Notes: a model not told the origin generated them from the letters alone. A DNA stretch of 63,098 nucleotides, filler included, from Reticulomyxa filosa (GCA_000512085.1; 12 parts of 12 records of this genome joined end to end with filler, not necessarily neighbours in it), one strand, 5' to 3'; shown: positions 50,418 to 63,098, numbered from the whole stretch's first letter. Program-made: numbers and translations.

Positions 50418-52050
50418 TTACGATTCAGAGTGTATCTTGAGCACATGTCGTTTGAGAGTTGCCTTTCTTTTGAAGGATTGGGTACACAAATGGCAACCAA
50501 AAAGCTCGTTCAAATGTATGGATTTGACGTGGCGTTTTAAATTGGTTGAATGACGAAATCTTCGACCACAATGAGGACATTCATGTGGCTTTTCTCCTGT
50601 GTGAATTCGTCTGTGCTCAATCAAGTGTATTTTCTGGAAAAATGCTTTTTCACAGTCTTCGCATTTGAATCGTCTGTCGTCTATTTTTCATTTGCACAAT
50701 TAAATGTTGTGATTTAAATATAATAAAAAACAATTTTTTTTTAAAAAAGGGTACATTGGGACAACTCGGCACAAAAAAAAATTTTTTAAACAATTAACAA
50801 AAAAAAGCAGGAGGTGTTTTACCCCAATGTTCTAAAAAAAAAAAATTGTATGCAGAGCGGTCTCCAACAGTACGTATACATCAACAAAAAAAAAAAATTA
50901 ATCAAAAACAAAACTTCGATGGTATCTCATGTGATGGCTCAAGTTATGGCGATTGTTAAACACTTTGTTACACTCTTTGCACTCGTATTTTCTCGAAGGT
51001 GCGCCAGTGTTGATCTTCGCCAGTTCCTTCGAACTTTCGTTATGTCCTTTTGTCAGACAGTCGGTGGTGGTTGCACTGTGTATTGAATATTGTTTGCTAT
51101 TTTCATTTTTTGTTAGACTGCCCAAAAGAGCTTCGTTTTGGCTTTCTCTTTTCATTAGACTTTCGGTCGATTTTTCAGACACAGTATAATTACCTTTTTT
51201 TTTTTTTTTGTATGCGTGTGATTGAATGATGGTACAAAAGCAAACATTCCTCATCGATCCCTCTGATTTTTTTAAATAAAAAATCCTTTTAACTGTTGAT
51301 GGAATTGGACTTGGTACTAACTAAAGTCGGGGTTTGGGGAGGAAAGCTAGCATCAATTCCAATATTGCTTCCATTCTTAAAAAATGAATTCTTATCACTC
51401 AATTTTTCATTGTTTTGCAAAACAATGATGTGAGTAATGTTATCGTCGCGGGGAGCGTTGTCACTCGTCATAAATGGAATAGGAACGAAACCACCCGGAC
51501 CTTGGTACAATTGTTCGCCGGGATTTATTGCGACAAATGGGGTTGTGACTGGCGAGTGTTTTTGGACAGTGCCGACCGGTCGCTAAAAAAAAAGTAACCA
51601 CAAACTGTGTTACGCATTAGTTTTTTAACACGAAAAAAAAAAGATTTGGCAAAACTGATGCAACATTGAACGACTTGGTATGTAATTCGCCATTCGGCAT
51701 AACAATGAAAACTGGTGACTGCTGATTAAAACTCAGCCGATTCTAAAATTTTGCAAAAAAAAAAAATTTGTTATTGTTGCTGAGAGACAAGTCTCTACAA
51801 AAAAAAAAAAAAACAACAGATACGTAACTGGAAAGTTTGTCATGGTTGGATCTGTTATTTTGTTCACCATGGGAGTTGGCGACAAAAAAATATCTGAATG
51901 AAAACGGCCGGTAATGTCATTTTGAGATAGAGGCAATGTGTTGACAACGAAAGGAACCGAATGAGAGGGACTGGACAACTGACGGAACAGTTGCTGACGT
52001 GGTTGTAAATCAAAACAAAAGTTGAAAGGATTGACAGGAACAAATGTCAT
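50418..52050 (-). CDS. C2H2 zinc-finger transcription factor (4 fingers, multi-exon)
   Basis: [10 protein letters not shown]...LSHHMRYH; [10 protein letters not shown]...[23 protein letters not shown]...LKRHVKSIH; [10 protein letters not shown]...LKRHVLKIH. Pro-rich N-terminal exons are approximate. Confidence 0.85.
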
Positions 52051-52813
52051 TATTGTTGATTTCAATAGCAACAAGTTACAACACTAGTAAAAAAAGTAAG
52101 CAAAGTTTCACAAGGTTTTAAATTCTTTTGAACAAAGAACGACAAAAAGGTACTGCTACAGTAACACCTAGTTTTAGGCGCTTTTTATCCTCCAAATATA
52201 AAATGTACGAACAAGTGTCCTGGATTACTCTTGTGTTTTTTTCCATGGGTTGTTAACAATCCATCTTTTTTGTACATTTAATGTGTTCCATTTTGTGACA
52301 GTTGCATTGCATCGTAACAAAGCGCTACAGGCAAAATGCAAAAATCTTTTTAAGCGGTTTATACGATGAAAATTACATTACTTTTACAAAAAGTAAATTT
52401 TTCCTTGTTCGGCGTGCTATAATACCAACGACTTTGTTTGACGATTTAGTTGAAACAAATTTTTTTTCTTATTTTTGAAAAGGCCGAAAAATAGTTTTTC
52501 CTTCAAAGAAACAAAAGACAAACTGAATCCGTCTAGCGAAGAAAGAAATAACTGTAGAAAAAAAGAAAGAGTTGCTGATGTCCATTAAAAAAGTGTTTCA
52601 ACCAAAATAGAATGTATTTTTTTGGTAGGCAGTTATTCTCTGCAGAATATTTATTACAATAAAAAAACTGTTGCTGATTGAGTAAATGAAGAAAAAAAAA
52701 AAGGAATCAGAGAATAGTGTTGTGGTCAATGAAGTTACGCAATTTGTGAAAAGTGCAGAAAGGAGAAGCAAAACAATGAAATGCATTGACTATCTTATAC
52801 TTTTTTTTTTTTG

Positions 52814-55431
52814 TTAGACATCTGTTTTGTTTTCCTTTTCTTCAATGACTTCTTGAACGCGTTTTTTGAGGTATTCTTTATAAAATTTGCTACTGACATC
52901 AAATTCAGCGGCCAATTGTCTTTTCAAGTTTCCAAAAGTCATTGCCTGAATATTTGGAGTGGTTTGAATGATTTCATAAACACGGTGGCTCATCTTTTTC
53001 CAAATTTCAGGATCAAAGCCTTTCTTTTTTTTGTCTTTTTTATTTTCGTCTGCTTTTTCTTTTTCATTGTCATCATCAGCATTGACCAGAATTTCGCCAT
53101 CTCCAAACAAATCTCTGTGTCAGTTGTTTTCATTTATCGTATAAACATGTAAAATAAATAAATACAAATATATACACATACATATTATATATTAAACAAA
53201 CAGATAAATGAGCAATAAAAAAAAAAAAAAAAAAAAGGTCGATATGATAACTCTTCTTTTCCTTGGTTCATTGTGTTTAAATCACTGTCAGTGCCGCTTT
53301 CCACATTTTTGTGAAGCCGTTTTTTGGTAGGTTTATTGGAGGATTGAAATGGAGAAGTAGGTGCGGCTGTTTTAGTGTCTGCATTTATAGACGTCTGTAA
53401 ATGCATATCGGCATTGGGATTGACATCGGTATTTGGAGGAATGGAATCATCTTCAAAGATGTCCATAAGAGCCTGTTGAGTATCGGGTTCAAGAGGTTCG
53501 GAGATATTAAATTTTCTGCGTTTTGATTGATGTCGTGAGTGTTCTTTGGACTCTGCAATTTCATTGTCACTAAGTTCGTCATGTTCATGCTTTTGTCGGT
53601 CATCTCCTCCTGCTCCTATCCCTCCTCCTCCTCCTCCTCCTCCTTTTTCTCCTTTACGTTTTTTGGACTCATTTTCGGTATATTTAATGCGCATGCTCTC
53701 CACTTCCAGCTTGCGCTTTTTCGCGCGTTTTTGCAATTCCTTGCGTCGCAACTCGTCATTTTTCTCGTGTTTGAGTTGTTCCGCCGTTTTTTTCTTCTTC
53801 AAGTCCTCCAGTTTTTGGTGTTCTTTTTGTTTGACTTCGAGTTTCTTGGCAAACTGTTTGTGTTTTTGTTCGACAATTTTGTGTGCCTGTTGAATGGTCC
53901 TCTTGACAAACGCGATATGTTCAGTGATCTTATGTTTCATATCGTCTGCAATATGAGTAAAGTGCTGTTGCAAGTTTTCAAACATGGTCAAGGAGACTTT
54001 GAGCGACTCCAAGGACTCTTCGGCATTTTCCAAAGTGAGCGTGCCCAAATTGTCCTGTCGAAGCACATCAATGCTTTCCATTTCGCACGTATACGCATAG
54101 TTGTACAAATAGATTTCGTTGGTGGGGAATTGTCGCAACGCTTTCAGCAGCACCTGTTTGCAGCGCTTGTACTCTTTCTTTGCAAACAAAGCCCTGGCCA
54201 AGTAATTGGGGATATCTCCGTATTCTTCGTTTGGCAATTGCCGAAGCGCCTTTTCGTACAGCTTAATGGCCGCATCCCAATGCTTATGTGCCGCGCAAAT
54301 GTTGCCCAAATTGACAGACAATTCCGGCATATTCGTGGCCTCGCGAAGATCTTGGAAAATGGATTTGGCTTGCTCGAGTTCGCCTAGCTCGGCGTACACG
54401 ACACCTAAGCCATGTGCAGCCAGCGCATTATCGCGATAAGACATGAGCACTTTGCAATAGCCCCTGGCCGCCTCCACCAACTGCGACAGTGAGTCTTTCT
54501 TTCGGTCTTTACGAGCTCGGCCTTTCACAATCATGTCCGAGTTCAAAAGGATCGAGTAAGGGTCATGCTTTCCCTCGGGGATCTCATTTGCAATCATTTC
54601 CAGTTGGTCACGTACTCCAGTGCGGTCGTGCTGCTGATCGAAGGTCTCTGCCAGCAACAGACGCGCGTCGATTTGCAAACTGTTCAACTCCTTTTTCTTG
54701 GCCAGGTCGATCGCTTTGTTCAGATGGCTAATAGCCATTATCGTGTTGCCTTGTTTACGATACATCACGGCAATGACCAGCAGCGCCTCGATAAAGTCTT
54801 CCTGCAGCTTCAAGACCTTGCTCATAATGCGGTGGCATTTCTTATCTTTGCCAAGTGCCAGCATGACCAATCCGTAGTTATACAATAACACAATGTGGTC
54901 CGGATTGATGTCATACTTTTGCGATTTCGGACGAGAAGGTGCAATGGTCCCGTCTTCGGCGGGGAGGTCGTTGTTGTCCACGCTTTTCTTCGCTTTGCTG
55001 CTGTTCTTTTTTCCATCGTTTTTAAACAGCACTTTTTCACACAGCTCTTTTGCTTCCGTGTATTTTCCTAGTCTGTGCTGCAGCACCACAACATTGTTGA
55101 ACAGCTCAAACGGTGGCGTCTGCTTCTTTGCAATCAGCAACATTAGCGCTTTTTCGTATGCATGCAGGCTGCATTCAACATCGATCAATTCACTGCATTT
55201 GCCTTTATATACATATATATATGTATACATATATACCCCAACTCCAAACCCTTTTATTTATATAAATACGTATACGTATACGTATACATATACATATATA
55301 AATGTATATGTATATAACCTAGTAACAACCACAAATCAACGTCATTGTCAGGATTTAAATCAATTGCTTTAAGCAAATACTTTTGCGCGGTTTTGAAATT
55401 CTTTTCTTTCATGTGACAATAGCTAAGCAAC
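52814..55431 (-). CDS. CTR9: Paf1 complex TPR subunit CTR9 (3' part) with C-terminal DEK-C-like domain
   Basis: PFELFNNVVVLQHRLG, YNYG, DPYSILL, YCKVL...NALAAHGLGVVYAELGELEQAKSIFQDLREAT...VNLGNI...AIKLYEKALR; charged tail. Phase-2 intron GA|gttatc...ctgacacag|A joins the last exon EDLFGD...NLKRQLAAEF. Confidence 0.88.
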
Positions 55432-55531
55432 NNNNNNNNNNNNNNNNNNNNNNNNNNNNNNNNNNNNNNNNNNNNTTAATTAATTAANNNNNNNNNNNNN
55501 NNNNNNNNNNNNNNNNNNNNNNNNNNNNNNN

Positions 55532-55710
55532 CGACTTGGAAGAGTGGATTAAATGTAGTTCATTCAGAATGGATTAAATTCAATACTGGATTTCTACAAA
55601 GATATGCACTTTCACCAATATTATTTTTAACATTGCAACAATCAAATTTGAAGGAATGTGATCATGTGAAATATCTTGGATTGGTCCTTGATTCCCACAT
55701 GCTGCAACTT
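55532..55710 (+). mobile_element. Non-LTR reverse transcriptase fragment with internal deletion
   Basis: FNTGFLQRYALSPILFL (like TGVPQGSVLSPILF) joined directly to ECDHVKYLGLVLD (KYLG motif); the YADD segment between them is missing. Confidence 0.65.
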
Positions 55711-55849
55711 GGATATTTGATATACAGATCCTACTTTGGAAGATTGATTATTCTCACTGTAATTAACGCGTTATTTAATAAACGGGATTCTAATATCTAT
55801 AAACTGCCAATTATGTGTTGTCCATAAATTTTCACTTATTTACACTTTT

Positions 55850-57121
55850 ACACGTACTGACATTCTCTTATTGTTTCATATACATCGCTTACCTTTTATT
55901 TTGCTTCCATGTTCCTTTTCATTTGCTACATATCAAGTTTTAAATGCTTTTCTGTATTTAGGTATCGTACTATGTCTTAAACATAGTCTTGCATTTATTT
56001 GCATTATCCCAAGTAATATTTTAATTGCCGCTTGTCTTGTTGTTATATATGTCCATGCTATGTTGACTCTAGTTGAGTCTCAGTTGTGTTGCATCACATA
56101 TTTAATCATTGGCCTGTAACTATATTGTTAATGCATGTAGTTATATATATTTCCTTCGCTTTCCTAATTAGCTGGTCTACGTGTTTGTTCCAGCTTCCTT
56201 TTTTTGTGTCTATTATCACTCATAGTGTTTATAGTTGTTATGGTAGTATTAATTGTACCTGTATTTTAATCAAATGATCTGCATAAATCTGCTTTTTCTG
56301 TTTGCTGTTCTATCTATATTTCTTTATTTATTTCATCCAATATCTCTAGCATTCTGTTTATATCCATTTTTAATTAGTTCTTTTTAAGTGTTATCGCTCT
56401 ATACAATTTGTATTGTAGTTTTCATGTACTGTTTTTCTTTCCACATTTTCTGTTGGTTCATTATTACCTGGACCTTGGTTATGTCATTACTTCTAGTATT
56501 GCACACGTAGCTTCATTCTTTTTCCATTTTCTCCTTATTTATCTGAATACATTTGTTGGGTAATGGTACGATGCTACGTGTTGTTTGATCAATTATATCT
56601 CCAGAATCCGTTTTGGTCCAAATAGTATTCGTTCTTTCTTTTCTCGTTCTATCAATTTCGCTTCTTGTTCTTTCACCTTTTGATTTTTCTCCATTGCTGT
56701 GGGATGATTTCCTGCTTCATGTTTCACTACGGCGTCCATTTGTCCTACAATTGTATCTATTTCCATTAATGTATTCTGTGCCATCGCCATTTTTACTGTT
56801 TTCTTAAACTTCCTGTCGGTGTTTACCAGTTTTCTTGACAAACATCCTTGTTCCACTTCGTGCTTTTCTGACTTATTTTCCCATTCATTAGTACTTTTTA
56901 GTTCTTCTTGACTTAAAATTAAATATTGCCCAGTGCATTCCACCTTTCCATCTACAAAAATCAAGTCTATTTCCGCGTTTTCCACTTCTAGGACTGTACT
57001 TTCTTCTCCAACATTTCCTTCTGTATTTCTCTATCCTTTTGCTTTCCTGTTTTTTTCCTTTCTTGTTACTCAGATTTTGTTCTTTTATGCTTTCGTTTCC
57101 TTTCACATTACTTTCTGCCAT
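55850..57121 (-). mobile_element. Possible decayed LINE 5' region (ORF1 + start of AP-endonuclease)
   Basis: Intronless, A-rich, stop-ridden charged ORF pieces followed by LGIMQINAR (like the endonuclease N-terminal ILQxN motif) near 55985-56015. Confidence 0.35.
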
Positions 57122-57769
57122 CTTTCAAAGTTTGTTCTTTGATTTCCACTTTTCCTCAAATTTCCAAAATTGTTACTCAGTTCACTTCAGTTGTGAAAGT
57201 TGCTTGTGATTTAGAAAGTTCAATGATGAAATTAGATGATCTCGTTGCAAGAAGGTCAAGAAATTGCAACCTATCTAAATCAACACAGATCAGCGGCATT
57301 CTTGATAATCACGATCTATATTTCCTGTCTAGTCTGATAGAAGCGATCTTTTGAAAAGATTGTTATATATTCATTGACATTTAATAAACGCAAAATCATT
57401 TGTCGATTGATCACCGACAAAGTTGGATTAAATATTTGTATAACATTCAAAGATCAGATTCTCCTGATTGTGTTTGGTGTGCTGTACAGTGAATTACGCC
57501 AATGNNNNNNNNNNNNNNNNNNNNNNNNNNNNNNNNNNNNNNNNNNNNTTAATTAATTAANNNNNNNNNNNNNNNNNNNNNNNNNNNNNNNNNNNNNNNN
57601 NNNNTATATGAAGAGAATCGATTTTCTCAATGAAAAATAAAGATTTAAACTTAATTTTTTTAAAAAATATATACTAATCTTGTAGTTTTTAAATATCAAA
57701 TTTTTTTTTAAACTAGTTTTTTTTATTGTTGATATTTTTAATTGACATTTCAAAATTTTGATTTTTAAA

Positions 57770-58760
57770 ATGGTGAAACATTTGAGTGCTTTTAGAAAGG
57801 AGTTGCCGTTGGTGTGCTGGTAGGTGGAGCTAACATTCGATCTGTAGCAAAGAAGTTTAACTTAAGTATAGCTTCGCTTCGATTTTGGCTGGCGTCATAT
57901 AAGTGTAATGGAACCTCAAAAAGAAAATCTGGATCTGTCAGATCAGATAAGATTACTTTGCGAGTTCAGCGTAAAATTGTGAGATAACTTGTTTCTGGAA
58001 ATTGAGAAACTGCAAAAGACGTCAAGAAATAGTTAGACGATGATGGTAAAATCAAAGTTTCTTATGAAAGTGTAACAAGAACTCTAAAGATAAACAGTTT
58101 GATATCAGTAACTAAGAAGAAAAAGCCAGATTTATATGATAGTCATATCAAAGCAATGTTAGAATTTGCAAATTTATATAAACACTGGACTGTAGATGAT
58201 TGGAAAAAAGTCATTTTTTCAGATGAAACAAAAATTAATTTGCGTTGAAGTGATTGAATAAAATGTGTGTGGAAAAAACCAAACCAAGATTTATGATATA
58301 TTGTCATAATTAAAAGATCTAGGTTTGGTGGAGGAAGTATCATGATTTGGGCTTGCTTTGGTTCAAAAGGTGTTAGTAATGCCTGCAAGATAGAAGGTAG
58401 CATGAAATCTGAAATGTATAAAGATTTATTATAAGACAACATGTTAAAAAGTGTAAATTACTGTGTAAATGATGAAAATGACTTGTTGTTCAACAAGACA
58501 ATGCATAATGTCACAAAGCTAAAGAAATAATGAATTGGTTTAAAGGAAATAATATAGAACTGATATATTTTCCTACTAATTCACCAGACATAAATCCAAT
58601 TGAGAACCTTTGGTTGATAATTAAAGTGAAATTATACAAAGGCAAAAAAATTAACAACAAACAAGAACTTTGTGAAAAACTGACATTTAACTATGTCAAG
58701 CTCTAGTTGAGTCAATACCAAGAAGAATTAAAGCTTTAATCAATGCACAAGGAAAACCAA
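57770..58760 (+). mobile_element. Decayed Tc1-family (DD34E) transposase
   Basis: HTH region SVAKKFNLS, KKKP, WKKVIFSDETKINL, FGGGSIMIWACF, QQDNA-x-(34 aa from D)-SPDINPIE, SIPRRIKALINAQG; at least 7 stops and frameshifts. Confidence 0.92.
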
Positions 58761-58879
58761 GAAAAAAAATTTTTAACAAAAAAATATTTTTTTAAAAATT
58801 TCAAATAATCAAAAAAAATTTTTCAAAATTTTGTTAAAAATTACGAAAGATACAATGCTAGTTCTTTTTTTAAAAAGTA

Positions 58880-60540
58880 TCTACGTGACATGAAGATTCC
58901 TGCAACACTTCAACGAATAATGTCATCTTTGTTTGGAAACATAGATGATGTTGACGTGTACATTGATGATTTATTAATTGCAACAGATTTTGAAGAAATT
59001 CATTTACAAGTGTTAAATGATTTATTCAAACGATTCTCGAAATATAACTTACGGTTGGCAATGAATAAATGTGAATTCCTTCAAAACGAGATTGTCTTTC
59101 TTGGACAGACGATATCATCAAAGGTAGTCTTCGGAAATCCAAATCATATCAACAAAGTATTGAATGTGTCAAAATCAAAGAAAAGGAAGCAATTGGAACG
59201 TCTTTTGGGATTGGTACAATATGTTGCAAAATTTATACCAAATTACGAAGGAAAAATTCGAAATGGTTATGGACAGATTTGCAGGATAAAGCATTTGGGA
59301 AATTGAAAGAAGATGGTACAAATGCTAAACTGTTGCGACATCCTAGACAAAATGAGCAATTTATTGTACAATGTGACACATCTAACAAGCAATAGGTGTT
59401 GCAATATTGTAAAATCACGACTGTGTAATCTTGCATATCGAGTTTATCTCCAAACAATTTGATTGCTACCAATTAAATTGTCACGCGTCGGAAAAAGAAT
59501 TTACGTATTGATCTACGCGGTACAAAAATGGAGGCACTATTTATTGTTGAAGAAGTTTATAGCATACACTGACCACAAAAATCTAGCTTCACTATTTTCA
59601 TTGTCATTGAAGCAAGTCAATATTATGCTATCCAGATTGCTCAAATCGAAAAAGCATTCACTATGAGTCGCGAACTATACGACTATGATGAATTATTTGA
59701 AAAGAATATATTCCGGAAAGCACAGTAAGTAGATATAATTCTTGCAGCTATAAAATGCATTATTACAACGACCAACGGAAGTTATTGTAATATAAACAAA
59801 ATAAAGCAATATCAGCACATTGGAGGAAAGCTATTGACCAACAAAAAATCAGGTTGAAAAAAAATAGGAATACTAACTTATAATGATAAACCAATTGTCC
59901 CAAAATCAATACAAAACGATGTGATGCTATATTTTCATTACCATGCACTAGCACAGTACCAAGGTGCAAAGCGAATATCAGCTACAATTCAAGAAAGATT
60001 ATATTGGCCAGGACTTGTTGACGATGTAAAATGCTTCTGCAAACATTGACTTACGTGTCAAGTATACAAGGGAGCAAGTGGTGCAAACGCCGGAGAAATT
60101 CGACACTTTCCAGCAACCAAATGGTCGCATTGGACATCGTCGGTCCATTACCAATGACAGAACTAAGTAATTAATATACTAACAATGGTTGATTGATTCA
60201 CACGTCATGCGGCTACAGTTCCTCTCAAGACTAATACAGCAAAAGAAATCACATTATCTTTTGCAAGTGAGTGGATTTATCGTCATGGAGTTCCTGAAAC
60301 AATTCTATCAGATAACGTGCACAATTTAAAGGAAAAATAGCGAACCTGCTGTCAAAGCTACTGGGAATAAAGCAATTGTTTACTTCGTCTCATCATCCAT
60401 AAACAAGTGGGATGTTGGAAGGATTTCATCGATATATGAAAGAAAGGCTCGTTACAATATCAGTTGATCGGAAATTGTACTTCACAAACAATATTGACTG
60501 GACCATATTTTTACTAGCAATTGTGGCTTCATAACTGACA
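58880..60540 (+). mobile_element. Decayed Ty3/gypsy LTR retrotransposon pol (RT-RNaseH-integrase)
   Basis: PATLQRIM, VYIDDLLI, KCEF, FLG, QCDTS, AVQKWRHYL..FIAYTDHKNL, LYWPGL...TCQ, LDIVGPLP, HGVPETILSDN, HP*TSGMLE. RT-RH-IN order is gypsy-type; many disablements. Confidence 0.92.
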
Positions 60541-61524
60541 TTTTATAGATATATCTCCAAATTATAATAAAATCAAAAGTTAAAGCACATTGTTCATTGT
60601 TTTGATAATTCTACAATGAGTGAATGTCTTGTCTTGACCAAGATGATTATTTTCGGTCGTACAATTAATTACATTATTATGCTTGAGTATTTGAACTTAA
60701 AATTGTATTATACGACAAAATTTTTTGGTTTCAACACAAAACAACTTATCTGAAACAAAATAAACACTTGTAAAAAAAAAACTTAAGAAAAAAGGCCATT
60801 GAACAGAACGAATTTTTTTCTTTAAGTACAAAAAATCGTCAAATATTTCTTTTAACAACATTGAAGTGATATAATAAAAAGAGTTGTTGAGTAAATTTTC
60901 ACAAAGTAACAGAATGAATAAAAAAATGCGTTTGGATATCTTTTTGAAACAAGAAAACTTATGTGAACAAGCAAATGTCTCACCATTAAAAAACAAAATA
61001 TTGTTTCAAAATTGTCGATGTCACGGGCAGATTTGAAATTATAATTCCGAAATCTTTTGTTTTTTTATAAATACAAGAAATATTATTGTTTAATTTAGAA
61101 AAAAAAGTTATTAAATCACAAACCACATGTCAAATTCCCTTTTCCCATTATTCTTTTTTTTTTTGTCAACACTGAGTATTTTTGTGTTAAACATTAAGTA
61201 TCTTTCTTAGATTTTTTTTTCTTTTTCTTTTCGCTGCTTGTTTTTTCTTTTGATTTGGTTTTCGTTTTTTTTGTTTTTGTTTTTTTCGTTTTTGTTTTTT
61301 TGGTTTTCTTTTCTTTTTGAGATTTCCGTTTCTTTTTACTAGCTTTAGTTGTAGTTTCTTCTTCTCCGCTGCTTTCATTTTGTTCGCTTTCAAATTTTTC
61401 TTGCTTTTTTTGTTGTTTTTTTTTNNNNNNNNNNNNNNNNNNNNNNNNNNNNNNNNNNNNNNNNNNNNTTAATTAATTAANNNNNNNNNNNNNNNNNNNN
61501 NNNNNNNNNNNNNNNNNNNNNNNN

Positions 61525-61679
61525 GCATTATTTGCAATTTGTTTGCATAATAAACATTGAAAGTTTCTTAAAAGTCTTGGTTTATTGGAAGAAGAGACCC
61601 AGTTCTTGTCATAACATCCTTCAAGAGAGAAAGTGTTTAACTTTTTAGCTTTGGCTTCTTCTTCATGTAGCAGTAACAT
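61525..61679 (-). CDS. 5' end of a RING/TRAF-like zinc-finger family protein (truncated by spacer)
   Basis: MLLLHEEE...GCYDKNWV...FQCLLCKQIANN shows only the first CxxC of a RING-like finger. Confidence 0.55.
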
Positions 61680-62643
61680 GCTAGTCAGTTTTTTTCTTTT
61701 TAATCAGTTAAAAGGGGTACATTCAATTTCATTTTATATAAATGGAGACAAAGATAATTTTATTTCTTTTTTGAAAAATAACTTGATTTTATGTCACAAA
61801 AAGAAATGTTAAGAATAATATTGTTTTGATTTTTTTTTTGGAGTAGATTTTTCTAGAAACAAAAAAATTGGAGTAGAAAAACGAGTTTTTTTCAATTATC
61901 CAAGCAAAAAAAAGCTCACCCTTATTCACCGAATAAGATATTTGATTGACGTCTTCACTATTAAATGCAAACTAAATACTATATCAAATTGTATTTTCAC
62001 AATATATGGAGTAGTTTTGCTTTGTGATAGGAAAAATTAATAATAAAAGTAAACTTATGAAAAGTGATAAAAAGTACTTGTAAGAATAAAGAGAGTACTT
62101 ATATCAATCAAAACATTTTTTATTATCTGTGTTGAACTATTATTATTTACATTGATAAATTAAGTTATTTCTAACAGATTAAACAAAAATAATTATTGAA
62201 ATATTTAAAATGTTACAATTTTCAACAATAAACAGTTATATATGTTTGTTAAATCATAAATTTTCATTATTCTTTTTCTTTCTCTTTTAATGATACAAAT
62301 TAACATATATTTATTCTATCTTATAAAAATTATTATATCTCTTTTGAAATGTATTGATTTTTGCTCATCGCTGTTCGGAGTAACAAACAATTACAGAGAT
62401 CATTGTTCATCAATATCTAAAGCTTTGTTTTCTCTAATTTTGGATATACACTTACAAAACCCAACTTAGTTCGTACGTCTAAATCGCAGCTAGACCAAGT
62501 TACAATACGTGTTTATTTTCCAAGCACCTCCTTCCTTTACTAATTTCAGAAAAATTGCCAAACTCATATGATGTGACCGGATGCAAAAGAACGTTTTTCA
62601 AAAAAAAATTAAAAAAAATCATAAATTAAAAGACAAATAAATA

Positions 62644-63073
62644 ATGCCGAATCTGATTTTATCATTATTCTTTATTGGCTTTTTCCAAGCGGCAAAATTG
62701 ATTCCCTTGATAATAAATCCAGTGCAAGTAGTTGGATTGCCAGAAGGCTTTACAACTTTGCTAGTGAGCGACGTGATTGGAGAGTACTTGTATCTACTGG
62801 TGCAATTTGCATTTGTATACAGCCTGCTGTACGTGGCATTGAGCCAAGCAAAGGAAGAAAGCAAGCAAAAATTTTTGAGCAAAGTAGGTGCTCTGGATGG
62901 AATCGCATATATGATCGGGATAGCATTAGTAATGAATGGTAATGGTATGCATGCCGTTGCGAATTCCGCGGACCGTTTTTTCAATAAAAATCGGACCTGG
63001 GCTGAGTTGTCAGTTTCAAATCGGTTTGTTCATCTTTCCCACGAAGTCATGTCTCATCATTTTGAAATCTTTG
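62644..63073 (+). CDS. CLN6-like multipass membrane protein, first exon (continues beyond window)
   Basis: Plus-strand frame not listed in the ORF track: MPNLILSLFFIGFF...IALVMNGNGMHAVANS...FVHLSHEVMSHHFEIFG|gtatga; hydrophobic helices. The motifs match the recalled CLN6 IFIMGASIHLVGDS and YYYDEYLGH. Confidence 0.6.
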
Positions 63074-63098
63074 GTATGAATAACAATAAATTCAAAAA

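Noticed and set aside
57770-60540. Many in-frame stops as evidence for stop-codon reassignment or RIP-like C-to-T mutation
   Set aside because: Intact genes end normally at TAA, TAG and TGA. The stops come with frameshifts and seem to derive from mixed substitution types, which fits ordinary decay.
61187-61424. Lys-rich minus ORF (histone H1-like)
   Set aside because: Low-complexity poly-T sequence at a contig end with no domain signal.
4767-61524. Recurring TTAATTAATTAA palindrome flanked by Ns (11 copies) as a biological repeat or CRISPR-like array
   Set aside because: Fixed 100-nt synthetic spacer with six-frame stops used to concatenate contigs.
30666-61679. Apparent cluster of ubiquitin/cullin genes (DCAF10, COMMD2, RING/TRAF, WD40, Kelch)
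   Set aside because: They lie on different contigs joined artificially, so linkage cannot be claimed.
62619-62984. 121-aa minus-strand ORF
   Set aside because: Antisense shadow of the plus-strand membrane-protein exon.

Overview
AT-rich, intron-rich eukaryotic nuclear DNA. It is not one continuous locus: 12 contigs are joined by eleven identical artificial 100-nt spacers (N44-TTAATTAATTAA-N44), so neighbourhood across a spacer has no meaning. The expanded WD40, Kelch-like and RING/TRAF-like families, (TA)n and poly-A introns, and weak GT donors resemble the foraminiferan Reticulomyxa filosa (inference from recalled family features, not a search). Genes rebuilt by reading splice sites: WD40 protein, divergent TAF6 (3' part), Kelch-linker-WD40 fusion, mitochondrial intermediate peptidase, secreted vWA/Pro-Thr protein, RAB3GAP1 3' end, NAA20, UAP56/SUB2, RCC1-like protein, Rab1-like GTPase, DCAF10-like, FN3-TLDc protein, DNA2 3' part, aldo-keto reductase-like, RPL15, sulfite oxidase, COMMD2, a C2H2 zinc-finger protein, CTR9 with a DEK-C-like tail, a CLN6-like membrane protein and several orphans. 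There are also decayed LINE-like, Tc1 (DD34E) and Ty3/gypsy elements and a Kelch pseudogene. The best candidate for an undescribed system is a ~33-aa helical box (IIxHWxR...hxx[DE]h..hI..[FY]Y). It is attached to three different beta-propeller types and sits on its own phase-0/0 exon in two genes, suggesting a shuffled F-box/SOCS-like adaptor module. All protein identities come from motif recognition by eye; no searches were run.
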